A DNA stretch of 58,348 nucleotides from a virus (IMGVR_UViG_3300047554_000702:1-58348), one strand, 5' to 3'; shown: positions 28,563-38,959, numbered from the stretch's first letter. The notes: generated from the sequence alone by a model not told the origin. Numbers and translations are program-made.

Positions 28563-30187
28563 CACCACGTATCCACCGTGGTCAAGGTAGCCGCAGCCCC
28601 CGGCCCGCTTGCGTTGTTGCCCGACTTTTGAAGCGTGATCGTGCCCGTAGTGCTGTCCTGCCGCAGGATGAAGCCGTAGCCATTATCGAGATGCTCCCAA
28701 CGGTTATCGACCAGATCGAACACAAGCCGCGCGGCAAAGACCGGGGTTGAGTTAGACAAGGTAATATCACCGCCGACGAACATGCGCGAAGTCGTGTCGA
28801 GCAACGTACCCGTACCAAAGCTGACAACGCCGTAATTCTCTTGCGACTGCGCCCCGCTCAGGTTGAACACTTCCAGGCTGCCACGGCTGAAGGTTGCCGT
28901 CGCACCAGCATCCGCCACCAGCGACACAAGCCCGCGAACCCTGAAGGCCCCGGTGTGCTGCGAGGTATAGGCGCGGCGGTAGGTGTTGCCCGATGCCGCA
29001 GCCCGAACCGTGGCTTGCAGGTTGACTTGAATATTGGCCGTCGCCGCATCAATCACGATTGCGTCAAAGGTGTTGTTGGTTTCGCGACCCGCAGCGCTGA
29101 CACAGACAGAGCCGGTTACAGAACCGCCCGAAATGACCATGCCGCTTTCCGCATTGTCATGAAGCTGCGCGCCCAGCACGATTTCGCCCGCCGTTTCGGT
29201 AACGACAAGCCCGAACCGCCCAGCGCCATCCGACTTCAAGGCAGGGGCGATGATCCCACCAGACCCGAGGTAATACGTGATGCCCGAACCGTTGTTCGGC
29301 TGATCGGCATCACGGAGCGTGTTGGAAAAGGCGCACGGCCCAATCGAGCATTCCGCGCCGCCCGCAAAGTCCACGATCAGGCCGTTGTAGTTGTCCTTGC
29401 CGGTGACGCTTTCGATGACCCCATCCGAAGCCGTGAGGATATTGACCACCCCACCCTTGCGGCCCAACTCGCCGAAAGCGGTGTAGTTCTGCACCCCGAT
29501 ACCGCAACCTTCGCCATAGATGGCCCGGAGACGCCAGTTCTTCGGTTCGCCCACGGTCTGCGTTGCGTTGAGAGGAGAACCCGCTGCTCCTGTGCCAGTG
29601 ACGGTGAACGACCCAACACCCACGCCGTTGACCCAAGTGTTCAGCAACACGCCCGTAAAGTCAAATTCGTCCCCGCCGAGCATCACCCCGTCACCGAAAG
29701 CAATCGCCACCTGATTTGCCACGACAGGGCCAGCAACACCCGAAGCGTTGTGATCCCACTTGATACCCCAGGAGCGGAACCTAGCGCCCGTCACGCGAAT
29801 AATCGGGACGACATAGCCGCGCGCCGTGTGGTCGCTGCGGATCGTCGCGCCCGAACCAAACATGATGCGGTCGTTTGCGGTAATCAGGAAGGTCGAGGTC
29901 ACGCGGTACACGTTCTCCAACCCACCGAAGTCCACCGACCTACCAGTCGCCAGCGCCGCGTTGATCGCCGCCGTGTCGTCCGCCACACCGTCAGCGACTG
30001 CGCCGAAGTCCTTGGGGCTTACCGTGTCGCGCAGCTTGGCTTGAACCGTGCGGCCTACCGCTCCTGTGCCGGATTGGGTGAAACTGACGTTCTCGGCTAC
30101 AGTTTCATCGAGTTGCAAAACAGTAGTGTCACCGACAGAAACATTGATGGGCGTACCATCCTGTACGGTTACATTGATATTCGCCAT
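28562..30187 (-). CDS. tailspike, pectate-lyase-like beta-helix depolymerase
   Basis: FTQSGTGAVGRTVQAKLRDTVSPKDFGAVADGVADDTAAINAAL followed by Gly-rich beta-helix-like sequence. Confidence 0.8.
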   Translation of the reverse strand: MANINVTVQDGTPINVSVGDTTVLQLDETVAENVSFTQSGTGAVGRTVQAKLRDTVSPKDFGAVADGVADDTAAINAALATGRSVDFGGLENVYRVTSTFLITANDRIMFGSGATIRSDHTARGYVVPIIRVTGARFRSWGIKWDHNASGVAGPVVANQVAIAFGDGVMLGGDEFDFTGVLLNTWVNGVGVGSFTVTGTGAAGSPLNATQTVGEPKNWRLRAIYGEGCGIGVQNYTAFGELGRKGGVVNILTASDGVIESVTGKDNYNGLIVDFAGGAECSIGPCAFSNTLRDADQPNNGSGITYYLGSGGIIAPALKSDGAGRFGLVVTETAGEIVLGAQLHDNAESGMVISGGSVTGSVCVSAAGRETNNTFDAIVIDAATANIQVNLQATVRAAASGNTYRRAYTSQHTGAFRVRGLVSLVADAGATATFSRGSLEVFNLSGAQSQENYGVVSFGTGTLLDTTSRMFVGGDITLSNSTPVFAARLVFDLVDNRWEHLDNGYGFILRQDSTTGTITLQKSGNNASGPGAAATLTTVDTW

Positions 30188-30594
30188 TACGCGATCTCCG
30201 TCACAAAACCAGAAACAGGGAAAAGCCCGGCAGCAATGCGCTGGGGCGAACCGCCGCTAAGGGTCAGCAGCAAATCATAGACGAATACAGCCACTCCGTA
30301 CCCGTCCGCATCAGCAGGAAGTGAACCAGTCGAATTGACGCCAGAACCCGCAGCAAGACTAAACGCCCAAGTAGTCACTTCGTCCGCAAAAATGGGTGTG
30401 CCAACGCTAAAAACAGCAAGTTCGCTAGGGGCATCGGGCGCGACTTTCACACTACCCACAAGGGTGGCGTCGGTGACATCGCCGGGGTAGGTCAGAGTAT
30501 GCGTGATAGATAGCCCGCGAACACACGGTGGTAGGTCAGCACGCCTACCACCCAAAGTGTTCAGCCACTCACTATGTCGATTGGTGGAGTACAT
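30187..30594 (-). CDS. tail/baseplate adaptor protein
   Basis: Between the tail tip and tailspike genes; VYDLLLT...G.F.V...VT ending. Confidence 0.55.
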   Translation of the reverse strand: MYSTNRHSEWLNTLGGRRADLPPCVRGLSITHTLTYPGDVTDATLVGSVKVAPDAPSELAVFSVGTPIFADEVTTWAFSLAAGSGVNSTGSLPADADGYGVAVFVYDLLLTLSGGSPQRIAAGLFPVSGFVTEIA

Positions 30595-30601
30595 CGCTCA
30601 C

Positions 30602-32425
30602 CTACTGCAGAACAGGATCAGGACCGCTCCAACCCGGTGGGGGGTTGGTTGGCGGCGGGAAGTCTACACCATCGCTAGTGAAAGCGTAACCCACAATCAC
30701 ATAGCGCGAACTTTCTAGTTCGATCGGCATTGTGCCGCTATCGAAAATGTATTCCTCATCGACCAGATCCCAAAAAATCGCGTACCGCGTCAACTGCATG
30801 AGCCCGGTCTGCATGATGGCCGGGAAACTGATGACGCGCCCGTCATCAAGCGTCCCGGTGAATGCAACGATGTCGATCTGGCCGTCACCCGGCTCGATCG
30901 GAAACTGTGGGTCAAAGATGCGGATCGAGTAAGCGCCACGCGGATTCTGCACCTCTGCAGCCAATTCGTCGCGCTCCTGAGAGGTCTGACCAATGGCGGG
31001 CGTGGGTGGTGCGACACCCGTGCGACCCAAGCAGAAGTCATGCTTTTCAGGTGTTTCGGTCATCAACTCGAACGTCACCTTCATCGTCACCGGGTCGATG
31101 TTGCGACTCAGAATGATCACGTCATGGTCCAGACCAAGTTCGTCCCAAGTGATGTGCAGACATTCACCGGGACGATAGTGGCGCAAGCGCGGTTTACACA
31201 CGACAGTTATGGGGCTGATCTCGCGACTATCAAACAAACGATACGCAGCAAGCTGTGCCGCCTGATCGACGTTCTTCACGAAGTTGAACGGCCACACGTC
31301 ACGCTTTTCTTCACCGTCGTCGGCCAGAAATACGCTGTTTACCACCGGCTCGGCATCGATCAATTCCCAATCATGATCGGGACTGCGATACTGTGGGACG
31401 ACGGTGTTGAGACGATCACGATACGGCTGCATCGTTACAACCGACATCTCATCGTCCGTTACAAGGTCGTCGATCGTGATCGTGTCGAGCGGCACTTTCG
31501 GTGCTGAATACTTGAAGGTCAGCACGCCACCGGGGACAGGTTCTGCACCGCCCGCGTAGCAGATTTCCTTGAGGTTCTGCCAACGATCACCCGGTTCAAA
31601 GATCACACCAAAGATGGTCCAATCGTTCGCGTCGCACACATTGGCCCATGCGGCGACAACATTCCAGTCGATGCCGTCAGCAGGCATACCGATACCGAAC
31701 ACACGATTGCCTGCTTGGTATCGACCATACGCATATGTGCCAGCGTGCAGCGCCGGATTTTCGGACCAGGTGTAGGTGCTTTCGTTACCCAAACGATGCG
31801 ATCCGCTACCACCCGGAAACGTGCTGTCCAAGCGCGGATCATAGACCTTCGCCCAACGACCATAGGCTGCGATGGGATCGATGCCGTTGGCGAACCGCCT
31901 GCCGTCACGATCGAACAAGAACGACCATCCGATAGCAGCCAAACCGGACAGCTTGTAATCAGTCCCCCATCCCGGCGTGCCCGACCATTGCGGGGACAGT
32001 GCCGTGGCTTCAGGCACCGCACCAAGCTGTGTGTCTGTGAACAGGAAGCCTGTGTACCAGCTGGTGACCGGCTGAAAGTTCACGTAAGGCGTGATGCTGT
32101 CGATCGGGCCGAGCGAATAGACAACCGCGATGAAGCGATAGGGGTTCGGCACCTTTTTGAGTGTCGGCCCGTATGCGACATCGTAGCGCATGACGCCACC
32201 CAACAAACCCTCTCCCATCCCGTATGGTGTCGGAGGGTTTGGATCTATGATTATCCTGGTTACCGACCCTCGCGCCGGTGGGGGTTTGGTCAGGGCTTGC
32301 GCACCGATGTTGGCAACGAGCGCCACAGTGGCCGCAATTGCTGCGACCAACGGGTTACCGAGCACCGTGGCAACGACAGCGACTGCGCCTGCAATTTTAC
32401 CGACAACGCGGAGTGCCTTAGCCAT
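30602..32425 (-). CDS. tail tip / central tail (host-specificity J-like) protein
   Basis: PYGMGE, LSGLA, KVYDPR, WSENPAL and AAQLA motifs; ~600 aa, downstream of the tape measure module. Confidence 0.8.
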   Translation of the reverse strand: MAKALRVVGKIAGAVAVVATVLGNPLVAAIAATVALVANIGAQALTKPPPARGSVTRIIIDPNPPTPYGMGEGLLGGVMRYDVAYGPTLKKVPNPYRFIAVVYSLGPIDSITPYVNFQPVTSWYTGFLFTDTQLGAVPEATALSPQWSGTPGWGTDYKLSGLAAIGWSFLFDRDGRRFANGIDPIAAYGRWAKVYDPRLDSTFPGGSGSHRLGNESTYTWSENPALHAGTYAYGRYQAGNRVFGIGMPADGIDWNVVAAWANVCDANDWTIFGVIFEPGDRWQNLKEICYAGGAEPVPGGVLTFKYSAPKVPLDTITIDDLVTDDEMSVVTMQPYRDRLNTVVPQYRSPDHDWELIDAEPVVNSVFLADDGEEKRDVWPFNFVKNVDQAAQLAAYRLFDSREISPITVVCKPRLRHYRPGECLHITWDELGLDHDVIILSRNIDPVTMKVTFELMTETPEKHDFCLGRTGVAPPTPAIGQTSQERDELAAEVQNPRGAYSIRIFDPQFPIEPGDGQIDIVAFTGTLDDGRVISFPAIMQTGLMQLTRYAIFWDLVDEEYIFDSGTMPIELESSRYVIVGYAFTSDGVDFPPPTNPPPGWSGPDPVLQ

Positions 32426-32844
32426 CAGACTTTCCAAGCCGCTTCGAGTTCACCCAGCCCGACATCGAGCAAGACGAGATCGGGTTCGTCTTCGCGCCAC
32501 CCAAACACTTTGAGCGGCCCCGCGCAAATGAAAATCGCATCGAGCCCGCCAGCACCCTTAATAAGCGCCAGATCACCCAGCATCATGAATGCGGCACCAG
32601 GACGGCGTTCAAGCAGTGAATCGAGCATGTCAGACACACTGTCCCACCCGTGCTCGCGCATCGCCCGTGCCGCACCGAGCGCGGTGTCGAACTCAGGAAT
32701 GGGTGGAAGATCGTAGCCCAACTCGACAAGATGCGACCGCGCGAGGTGGACGCAGGTGGCTGGTTGCGTCCAGTCGAACGTTACACCGCGCCATGCGTCG
32801 AGAGTGCGCTTTGTTGCGTCTCTGCGTTTGATCAACTGGTTCAT
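32425..32844 (-). CDS. tail assembly protein (DUF6950 / NlpC-P60-like)
   Basis: FDWTQPATCVHL...GDLALI...AWKV. Confidence 0.7.
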   Translation of the reverse strand: MNQLIKRRDATKRTLDAWRGVTFDWTQPATCVHLARSHLVELGYDLPPIPEFDTALGAARAMREHGWDSVSDMLDSLLERRPGAAFMMLGDLALIKGAGGLDAIFICAGPLKVFGWREDEPDLVLLDVGLGELEAAWKV

Positions 32845-33455
32845 CTGCGATTCACGATCTGATTAATGATGCTGCTGCCGAAACCACTCGCACTACCACT
32901 GCCGCCGCTGGCACGAACGCTAGGTGGTGCTTCAGTCCCCCAAGCCACAGGTCGCCCCAAACCGGTCGCGTTGTCATGTCCACGCTCACCGGGGAAATTG
33001 GACTTGTGCCAGGTCGGGTTCATCGTGTTACCGATATTACGCTCGAACAGTCGTTCGGCCAGCGACACAATCGAAGCGGTCAACTGCTTGCTGCCTGTGC
33101 CGACACTGAGGATTGTCTGGTCTAGTTGGCCGTCAAACTCGGTGTTACCGCTGCTGATGACACCTGTGTCGGCGTCATATTCAGCAATGATAATTCGAGC
33201 GCGTGATGTCTGATTTCCGGGCTGCGATATTTCAGACGCTGCGGTTGTGTCGGGTGGCAAAAGTGTTACGACCACGGCAGGCACGATGTCACCCACGCTT
33301 TCGGCCATGGTCTGCAGTCTGCCGATCGTGCCGAAAACATCATCGTCGCTGCGATATGTCTCACCTTCATAGATAAAAAAACCACCGTCGCAAAACCGCA
33401 GCGTGCGGTCAGGCAACTCGATTTTCATCAGTCCGGTGAGAGCGATGCGGTTCAT
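32841..33455 (-). CDS. tail tip/hub protein
   Basis: Synteny; FPGERG...VAWG motif. Confidence 0.65.
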   Translation of the reverse strand: MNRIALTGLMKIELPDRTLRFCDGGFFIYEGETYRSDDDVFGTIGRLQTMAESVGDIVPAVVVTLLPPDTTAASEISQPGNQTSRARIIIAEYDADTGVISSGNTEFDGQLDQTILSVGTGSKQLTASIVSLAERLFERNIGNTMNPTWHKSNFPGERGHDNATGLGRPVAWGTEAPPSVRASGGSGSASGFGSSIINQIVNRR

Positions 33456-34039
33456 TTGTATTCTTCGATCGTGATAGCAAGGGGTGTTTGACGCTGGTCT
33501 TCGAACGCGTAGGAGAACGTCTCGCCGAGCAATTCGCCTTGAATGAAGGGACGTGCGATCTCGACACGGTTACCGTCAGCAAACGGTGCTCGCAAAGGTG
33601 GCTCGATCTCAATCGTCGCTTCACCCGCTGTGCTTGCCCGCACCGTCTCAAAAACCGAATGAAGATATGCGGTGCCGTCTGCTTCGACCACTGTGATCCA
33701 GAAGTCCTCGCGGATGACATAGCCGGGTGTGATGTTTCGGACGGCAAGAGTCGATCCGCTCTGACCCGCACCATCGACAACCGGCGCACCTGCCCCGGCC
33801 TGTGGCACCGGCAGCAACAGGTCGATCTGGACGCCTTGCCGTTTGCCGCGCTTGAGACGCGATGTGAAGCGTTGTGTGGTGCCGGGGCGCATGACCTCGC
33901 GCGGCCAAGACAGGGTGATCCTGTGCCGCCCACCTGGGCGCTCCACGCGCAGAGATGCTGCGCCGCGCTGCGTGAACCCGAAGTCCAGCACTTCGACTGT
34001 CATTCGGTTCGGGCGCGGGTCAGATGGCAACTCGATCAT
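33452..34039 (-). CDS. distal tail protein
   Basis: Directly after the tape measure gene; VDGAGQSGSTL...IEPPLRAP. Confidence 0.7.
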   Translation of the reverse strand: MIELPSDPRPNRMTVEVLDFGFTQRGAASLRVERPGGRHRITLSWPREVMRPGTTQRFTSRLKRGKRQGVQIDLLLPVPQAGAGAPVVDGAGQSGSTLAVRNITPGYVIREDFWITVVEADGTAYLHSVFETVRASTAGEATIEIEPPLRAPFADGNRVEIARPFIQGELLGETFSYAFEDQRQTPLAITIEEYK

Positions 34040-36705
34040 CGACTGCTCAACCTTCTGCTGTTCGTAAACGCCGTCTCACGCGAACTAATCACAGATCCGG
34101 CGCGAGCGATCGTGGGCGCACTGGCATCGATGCGGTCGTCCACGTAAGCGTCGAAGCGCTCATCGTCAGTGACAATGCGGACGGTGACCATCTGCGGCTC
34201 CATGGCCTGCACCTGCACACCCAGCGAGCCGTCCGGGCCGCGCTTGAGCGGCATGACAGCTTCCGGCCCAGCTTCACCCATGACGCCGAACTTGCCGCCG
34301 TTGGCAAACTTGAACATCGTCGGGTTGCTGAACACACCGTTGGTGAACGCCCCACCCTTGGCGAACTTCTGCACCCCACCGTCGAACGCCCCACCCTTGG
34401 CGAAGATGTCGGGGTTGGCTGCGATCGTCGAGTTTGCATCATCGAGCAGACTTGCCTGTGGTGATGCGCCGCCGAACGCACTCAAGATAGCGTTGAACGC
34501 CTGATCAGCAGCGAAGTCGAGCAAGCGGTCAATGATGCTGTTCACTACGTTGAGGACGGCGTTACCAAACGCCTGCCACGCACTTTGGCCCTGTTGCAGA
34601 TTGCCGATCAAATCACCGAAGAAACTGCGGAGCGTCTGCCGCGAGATGTCCATCAGTTCCTGCTGCTCGGTCACTTCCTCGTTGACCATTGAATACGCGC
34701 GGGCTTGTTCACCGATCGCAGCAACCTGCGCGGGGCTCAACTCGATACCTTGGCGAATGGCGTCGTTGAGCAACTGCGACTCGATGCGATACGCAGTGAG
34801 CGCAGCACCAGTCAAACCCCACTCACCGCGTTGTCGCATCAATGCATCAGTCTGCACAGCCAAGTCAGCGGTCAGGTTGGCAACGAACTCTGCACCACGG
34901 TTCGCCTCAGCGCCCTGTGCCAGCACCAGCGCCTGATCGCCGAGAGTGGCGACATACGCGCGCATCGCATCATCCATGTTGTTCACGTCGATGATGCCGC
35001 GCGACACTGCGTCATTGAACAAGCGCTGACGTTGTGCGTTGTATTCGAGTTCAAGACCAGACAGACCAATCAAATCTGCCTGATCGGACAGTGCTTGCTT
35101 CTGCTCATTGAAGGCATTGGTCATCTCGCGGATTTCCACCGCGATTTCTGACTGGCTGATCGCACCGGCCAGCAACATCAATTCGTTCTTCTGATCGGCG
35201 GTCAGCTTGATATTCTGTTCCGCAGCCTGTGCAAGCAAGTCCTGCTCGTTGCGAAACTTGCGTGCTGCAAACTCGGACATGCCGAGCGCCTTCGCCTCGT
35301 TGACCAATTCAGCCACACGAGCACGTGCCTTCATTGTCAGGTCTTCGTATGCTTCAGCCTGCTTCTCCGCTTCGGTTTGACCGGTGCTACCGCGAGCCGC
35401 CTTCTCGGTCTTACCTTCAGCAGCTTCAGGTGCGAAAGCGTTGCGCAGGAAACCAGCGCCGCGTGACGCAGCGTTACGGACGAAATTGACGCCCTCACCG
35501 ACGAAATCTCGACCGGGATCGGTGTTGATCTGCGCGCCGCTGAAATCGACCTGACCAACCTTAACGTCGAAACCGAGCGCACCGCTTACACTGTTGAAGA
35601 TCGACACGATACCGTTCGCGGCAGACTGAGCGCGTTGAATTACCGCGTTAAAGGCGATGGCGAAAAAACGAATGATGGCATTTGCGACGTTCTTTACGGT
35701 CGCAAGAATGTCAGTGAATACACCACCAAACGTGTCATTCAGCACGATCATCGCACCGATGACAAGACCGATGGCGAGAACAACGGCGGCGAAAGGGTTA
35801 GCGATTGCAAACGCAATCATCGCGGCAGTGGCCGTTTTAATTGCTCCAACCAAAGCAACACCGATGCTGGCGGTCGTGCTTGCAATTAGAGCGAGCAGTC
35901 GTGGTGCAAAAGCAATCGCTAGAACCACACCGAGATAAGCGGCAGCAAGTGCAACTTCCTCAAGCACGTCTGCGAGTGCGAGACTCAGCGTACGGGCCAG
36001 CGCCATCCAGTCCACTGCCTGCAAGCCCGCTGCAGCCAGACCAACCAGCCCGACAGTCAGAATAGTGGTCAGCGTGAACAACTCCCGGAACCCGGCAAAG
36101 AGGTTGCCGATACCACCGGCCATCGCGGACGAAAGTTGAGTGCCCTGCTGCAGAGCGATCAACAGCGGGTCCATGCCACCGGCTGCGGTGACGCCGATGT
36201 CCTGGAACTGCGCTGCAATGTTGCCCGGTGTGGACTGCAGTCGGTTGATGTTGTCGTTGGCGGCTGCACCGAGACGGTTGAGGCTGCTGGTTGCACCCGC
36301 CGCCGCAGCCGGAACACCCGCCAAGGATGCCTTGTACGCCTCAACGTGCGCGTCGGCCTGCTGAAACGTCGTTCCGACACGTGCCGTGGTCGCCACAAGG
36401 TTTGCGAGCGGCGCGGCTGCACCGGCTGCGGCGCGACCCACGGTGCCCATGGCTGTCCCTGAAGCCAGCGCGGCTTTGCTGAGGCGATCCGTACCCATGG
36501 CCGCGCCAGATGCTGCGGCACTGAAGGACTTAATACCTGCTGCAGCACCGCCCGATCCGGCAGTGATGCCCGCAGCCGCTTTGTTGAACCGGTCAGTCGC
36601 CTGCTCGGCGCGCTTGGCTGCGGGGACCAGCTTTTCGAGGTCGGCGCGGGCGTTCTTGAGGGCGGACGTATCGGCACTGAAGCCCAAGCGTGCAATATCG
36701 GTCAT
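34036..36705 (-). CDS. tail tape measure protein
   Basis: 889 aa, Ala-rich and helical; NIAAQFQDIGV...ALQQGTQ; FAKGGAF repeats; GVMGEAGPEAVMPL. Confidence 0.93.
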   Translation of the reverse strand: MTDIARLGFSADTSALKNARADLEKLVPAAKRAEQATDRFNKAAAGITAGSGGAAAGIKSFSAAASGAAMGTDRLSKAALASGTAMGTVGRAAAGAAAPLANLVATTARVGTTFQQADAHVEAYKASLAGVPAAAAGATSSLNRLGAAANDNINRLQSTPGNIAAQFQDIGVTAAGGMDPLLIALQQGTQLSSAMAGGIGNLFAGFRELFTLTTILTVGLVGLAAAGLQAVDWMALARTLSLALADVLEEVALAAAYLGVVLAIAFAPRLLALIASTTASIGVALVGAIKTATAAMIAFAIANPFAAVVLAIGLVIGAMIVLNDTFGGVFTDILATVKNVANAIIRFFAIAFNAVIQRAQSAANGIVSIFNSVSGALGFDVKVGQVDFSGAQINTDPGRDFVGEGVNFVRNAASRGAGFLRNAFAPEAAEGKTEKAARGSTGQTEAEKQAEAYEDLTMKARARVAELVNEAKALGMSEFAARKFRNEQDLLAQAAEQNIKLTADQKNELMLLAGAISQSEIAVEIREMTNAFNEQKQALSDQADLIGLSGLELEYNAQRQRLFNDAVSRGIIDVNNMDDAMRAYVATLGDQALVLAQGAEANRGAEFVANLTADLAVQTDALMRQRGEWGLTGAALTAYRIESQLLNDAIRQGIELSPAQVAAIGEQARAYSMVNEEVTEQQELMDISRQTLRSFFGDLIGNLQQGQSAWQAFGNAVLNVVNSIIDRLLDFAADQAFNAILSAFGGASPQASLLDDANSTIAANPDIFAKGGAFDGGVQKFAKGGAFTNGVFSNPTMFKFANGGKFGVMGEAGPEAVMPLKRGPDGSLGVQVQAMEPQMVTVRIVTDDERFDAYVDDRIDASAPTIARAGSVISSRETAFTNSRRLSSR

Positions 36706-37121
36706 TTGCTACGCTTCCCTTTCTTGCCGATCTCGTCCTGATGAGCGAGCCTCTTGTCCTCCAATTCTTTACCCATTTCGACGCAGAAAGCAACGTCCAT
36801 AGCCCAAAGGATGCGCTGCTCCCACTCGTGGATAATCTCGCCGGTCAACATGCGCCAAGCGAGCCATTCGGACGGTGGGATGGGATGACAAACGCCGTCG
36901 CGTATCCGACCAACACGAGCAGCTATGTCACTGTACCAATCCCACAGGTGATCGCCGCCGCCCGGTATGTCGAGTGGTGGAGCGTCTTGGTTGAAGCGAG
37001 GGTATGCCTCGCGGCGGGTGAGCATTTCTCGCTGTCCACCCTCGACTTCGAATTTACGCCAGGGCGTGTCGTAGCGGACGTAGACGGTGATCGCCTCGAC
37101 CAGATCCGCTTCTAACTGTCG
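36702..37121 (-). CDS. tail assembly chaperone, C-terminal (gpT-like) part reached by -1 frameshift
   Basis: The -1 frame is open from the slippery site at 37121 into the 36702..37025 ORF; HLWDWY...EWLAW motif. Confidence 0.75.
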   Translation of the reverse strand, partial: RQLEADLVEAITVYVRYDTPWRKFEVEGGQREMLTRREAYPRFNQDAPPLDIPGGGDHLWDWYSDIAARVGRIRDGVCHPIPPSEWLAWRMLTGEIIHEWEQRILWAMDVAFCVEMGKELEDKRLAHQDEIGKKGKRSK

Positions 37122-37534
37122 AAAAAACTCTTGGTTTCTCCGATAGCCTCGGAAATCTGCTCACCGATCCATCCGAGTTCACTGACGAGCGCGATGAAAT
37201 TCTTTTGGTTGTAATCCGGCTGCTCACCCTTGAATGCGGGCATGGCTTCAGCGTCGTAGCCCTCATCGCCTTCGCTGCCGGTCGGGTTGTACCATTCCCA
37301 GCCCAGCGTGCCGCCGAACATCAGATTGTGTGCGTTGCGCTCGATTTCGTCAGCCTTGAACGCCTTACCCTTCGACTGCAGCTTGAGACTCTCGTCGGTG
37401 ATCTGGCGCTTGATGCGCTTCAGCCGGTCGTCTTCGAGCGACATGACGCGGACGCGCAGACCGATCGGTTGGCCGGTCGCCGGTCCCACGATCTCAATGG
37501 TGCGGTCGGTCGGCTTGAGTGCAGTCAGTTCCAT
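37112..37534 (-). CDS. tail assembly chaperone (gpG-like)
   Basis: GGAG SD before MELTALK; lies between the tail tube and tape measure genes; ends KSFFDS. Confidence 0.8.
   Translation of the reverse strand: MELTALKPTDRTIEIVGPATGQPIGLRVRVMSLEDDRLKRIKRQITDESLKLQSKGKAFKADEIERNAHNLMFGGTLGWEWYNPTGSEGDEGYDAEAMPAFKGEQPDYNQKNFIALVSELGWIGEQISEAIGETKSFFDS
37121..37127 (-). other. programmed -1 frameshift slippery heptamer T TTT TTC
   Basis: Minus strand reads AAG AGT TTT TTC GAC AGT TAG; the -1 frame reads CGA CAG TTA GAA... and joins ATG 37025 in frame (96 nt away). Confidence 0.8.
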
Positions 37535-37549
37535 GTGTTGCTCCAACAG

Positions 37550-37582
37550 AAAAGGGTGCCGACACAAATGCGCCGACACCCT
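37550..37582 (-). terminator. intrinsic terminator after the tail tube gene
   Basis: Minus strand AGGGTGTCGGCGC ATTT GTGTCGGCACCCT followed by TTT. Confidence 0.65.
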
Positions 37583-37604
37583 CAAACTGTCAAGGTGGTA
37601 AGTG

Positions 37605-38135
37605 TTACGGTGCAGCGACCGGATCAACCTTGATCTGCTTCTGCACCAGACCCAGCGTGAAGATTTCGAGGTCGAAGTCTTCGTTGCGACCGTTGGGCTC
37701 GCGAGGACCGGCCACCAAGCCACGGTTGTACCGAATGGTCGGGGTGCTGGCCGGATCGCTGTCGGGAACGTCGGTGCCCTCGATCTTGAAGGCGTAGTAG
37801 AAATTGGTACCCGCAGCTGTACGCAGAATGTCCTGACCGGCATCGGACGGATCGCGGGCCACTTCGATTTCCGGCGATCCGGCGTCGGTCAGACCCTTCG
37901 CCTTCTGCACCACTTCATCATCCCACGTGTCGTAGTTGAGGATGTTGGTGCTGTCGCCGGTTTCACCGACTGAGCCAACGCCGCCGACGAGAACCCAGGT
38001 CAGCGCAGCATAGGCCGCTGCGTTGAGGTCGGTCGGCTGCGGCGTCGAGCAAACGTACAGCTTGCTCCCGGCGTTGGTGTTGAAATAGGCGGTGCCGACC
38101 AGTGCGATCGGCGCGGCGAGGATGGTGGTTTTCAT
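37605..38135 (-). CDS. major tail tube protein with N-terminal AY leader
   Basis: TNAGSKLY...VGETGD...QKAKGLTDAG...DAGQ; leader MKTTILAAPIALVGTAY after an AAAGGGG SD. Confidence 0.85.
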   Translation of the reverse strand: MKTTILAAPIALVGTAYFNTNAGSKLYVCSTPQPTDLNAAAYAALTWVLVGGVGSVGETGDSTNILNYDTWDDEVVQKAKGLTDAGSPEIEVARDPSDAGQDILRTAAGTNFYYAFKIEGTDVPDSDPASTPTIRYNRGLVAGPREPNGRNEDFDLEIFTLGLVQKQIKVDPVAAP

Positions 38136-38209
38136 GGCTCAAGCCCCTTTACGATACGACTGGTTCGTGTCCGCGCAGATTTGGCACAATCGGAGCGGGT
38201 TGGCAAGAC

Positions 38210-38959
38210 CTACGGCGCAACCTGATACCATGCCGTCGCGCGCCAGATGACGTTCGTGGTCGCAGGGCAAACAACCGTCACAGCGGTGTTCTGCGCGTTC
38301 GCCATCAGCGGGAAAGCGAAGTCCTCGACAACCTCTTGCACCGATACACCTTGCGCCAAGGCTTCCGCACCGACGCTGAAGGCAATCGAGCCGGGGAGGT
38401 TCGTGGTCGTGATAGTCACCGGCGTTGCAGCAGCGGTCAGCGTAGCAGCGGCAAAGCGGCGAATGCGCAGCGCCGTGATGTATTGGCGAAGGCCAGCACC
38501 GGGAGCGGGAAGGGTCAGCGTCACCGCCGCGCCAGATGCCCCAACAGCCGTTGCAGCGAGAGGTGATACGCCCGAACCGAAGAACTCATTCAAAACAGCG
38601 TTGCTGACACTCAAAGTCGCCGCCGCGCTGCCGCTGGTAAAGGTGATGCACCGCGCCCGGATGCGATTGAAGCCCGCGCAATTCGCCACATAAGCGGTCT
38701 GCGTTGAAGCTGCCGTGACAATAAGGAATTGCCCGCCAAGGATCGGGCGCAACGGAATGAGTATCCAATTCGTGCCGTCAACCGTGCCCGCCAATTCTAC
38801 AGTAAGGTTGAACGTCCCGCGCAAATCGAGCGCAACCGTGCTGGCACCGTCACAATCGACAAACACCTCTGCGTTGGCTGCGGCAAGGTTGCCAGTAGCG
38901 AACAGGTTTTCGCGCGGGTGCAGCGTCCCGGCTTCAAGGTCTTTGGACAGCTTTGCCAT
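38210..38959 (-). CDS. beta-rich virion accessory protein
   Basis: Ala/Thr-rich; LRGTFNLTVELAGTVDGTNW...RIRAR jelly-roll-like pattern. Confidence 0.6.
   Translation of the reverse strand: MAKLSKDLEAGTLHPRENLFATGNLAAANAEVFVDCDGASTVALDLRGTFNLTVELAGTVDGTNWILIPLRPILGGQFLIVTAASTQTAYVANCAGFNRIRARCITFTSGSAAATLSVSNAVLNEFFGSGVSPLAATAVGASGAAVTLTLPAPGAGLRQYITALRIRRFAAATLTAAATPVTITTTNLPGSIAFSVGAEALAQGVSVQEVVEDFAFPLMANAQNTAVTVVCPATTNVIWRATAWYQVAP

Noticed and set aside
11242-36802. Long antisense ORFs (e.g. 11242-12339, 23224-24099, 28841-30280, 31715-32716)
   Set aside because: They are shadows of high-GC genes with clear motifs on the other strand and show no recognisable motifs of their own.
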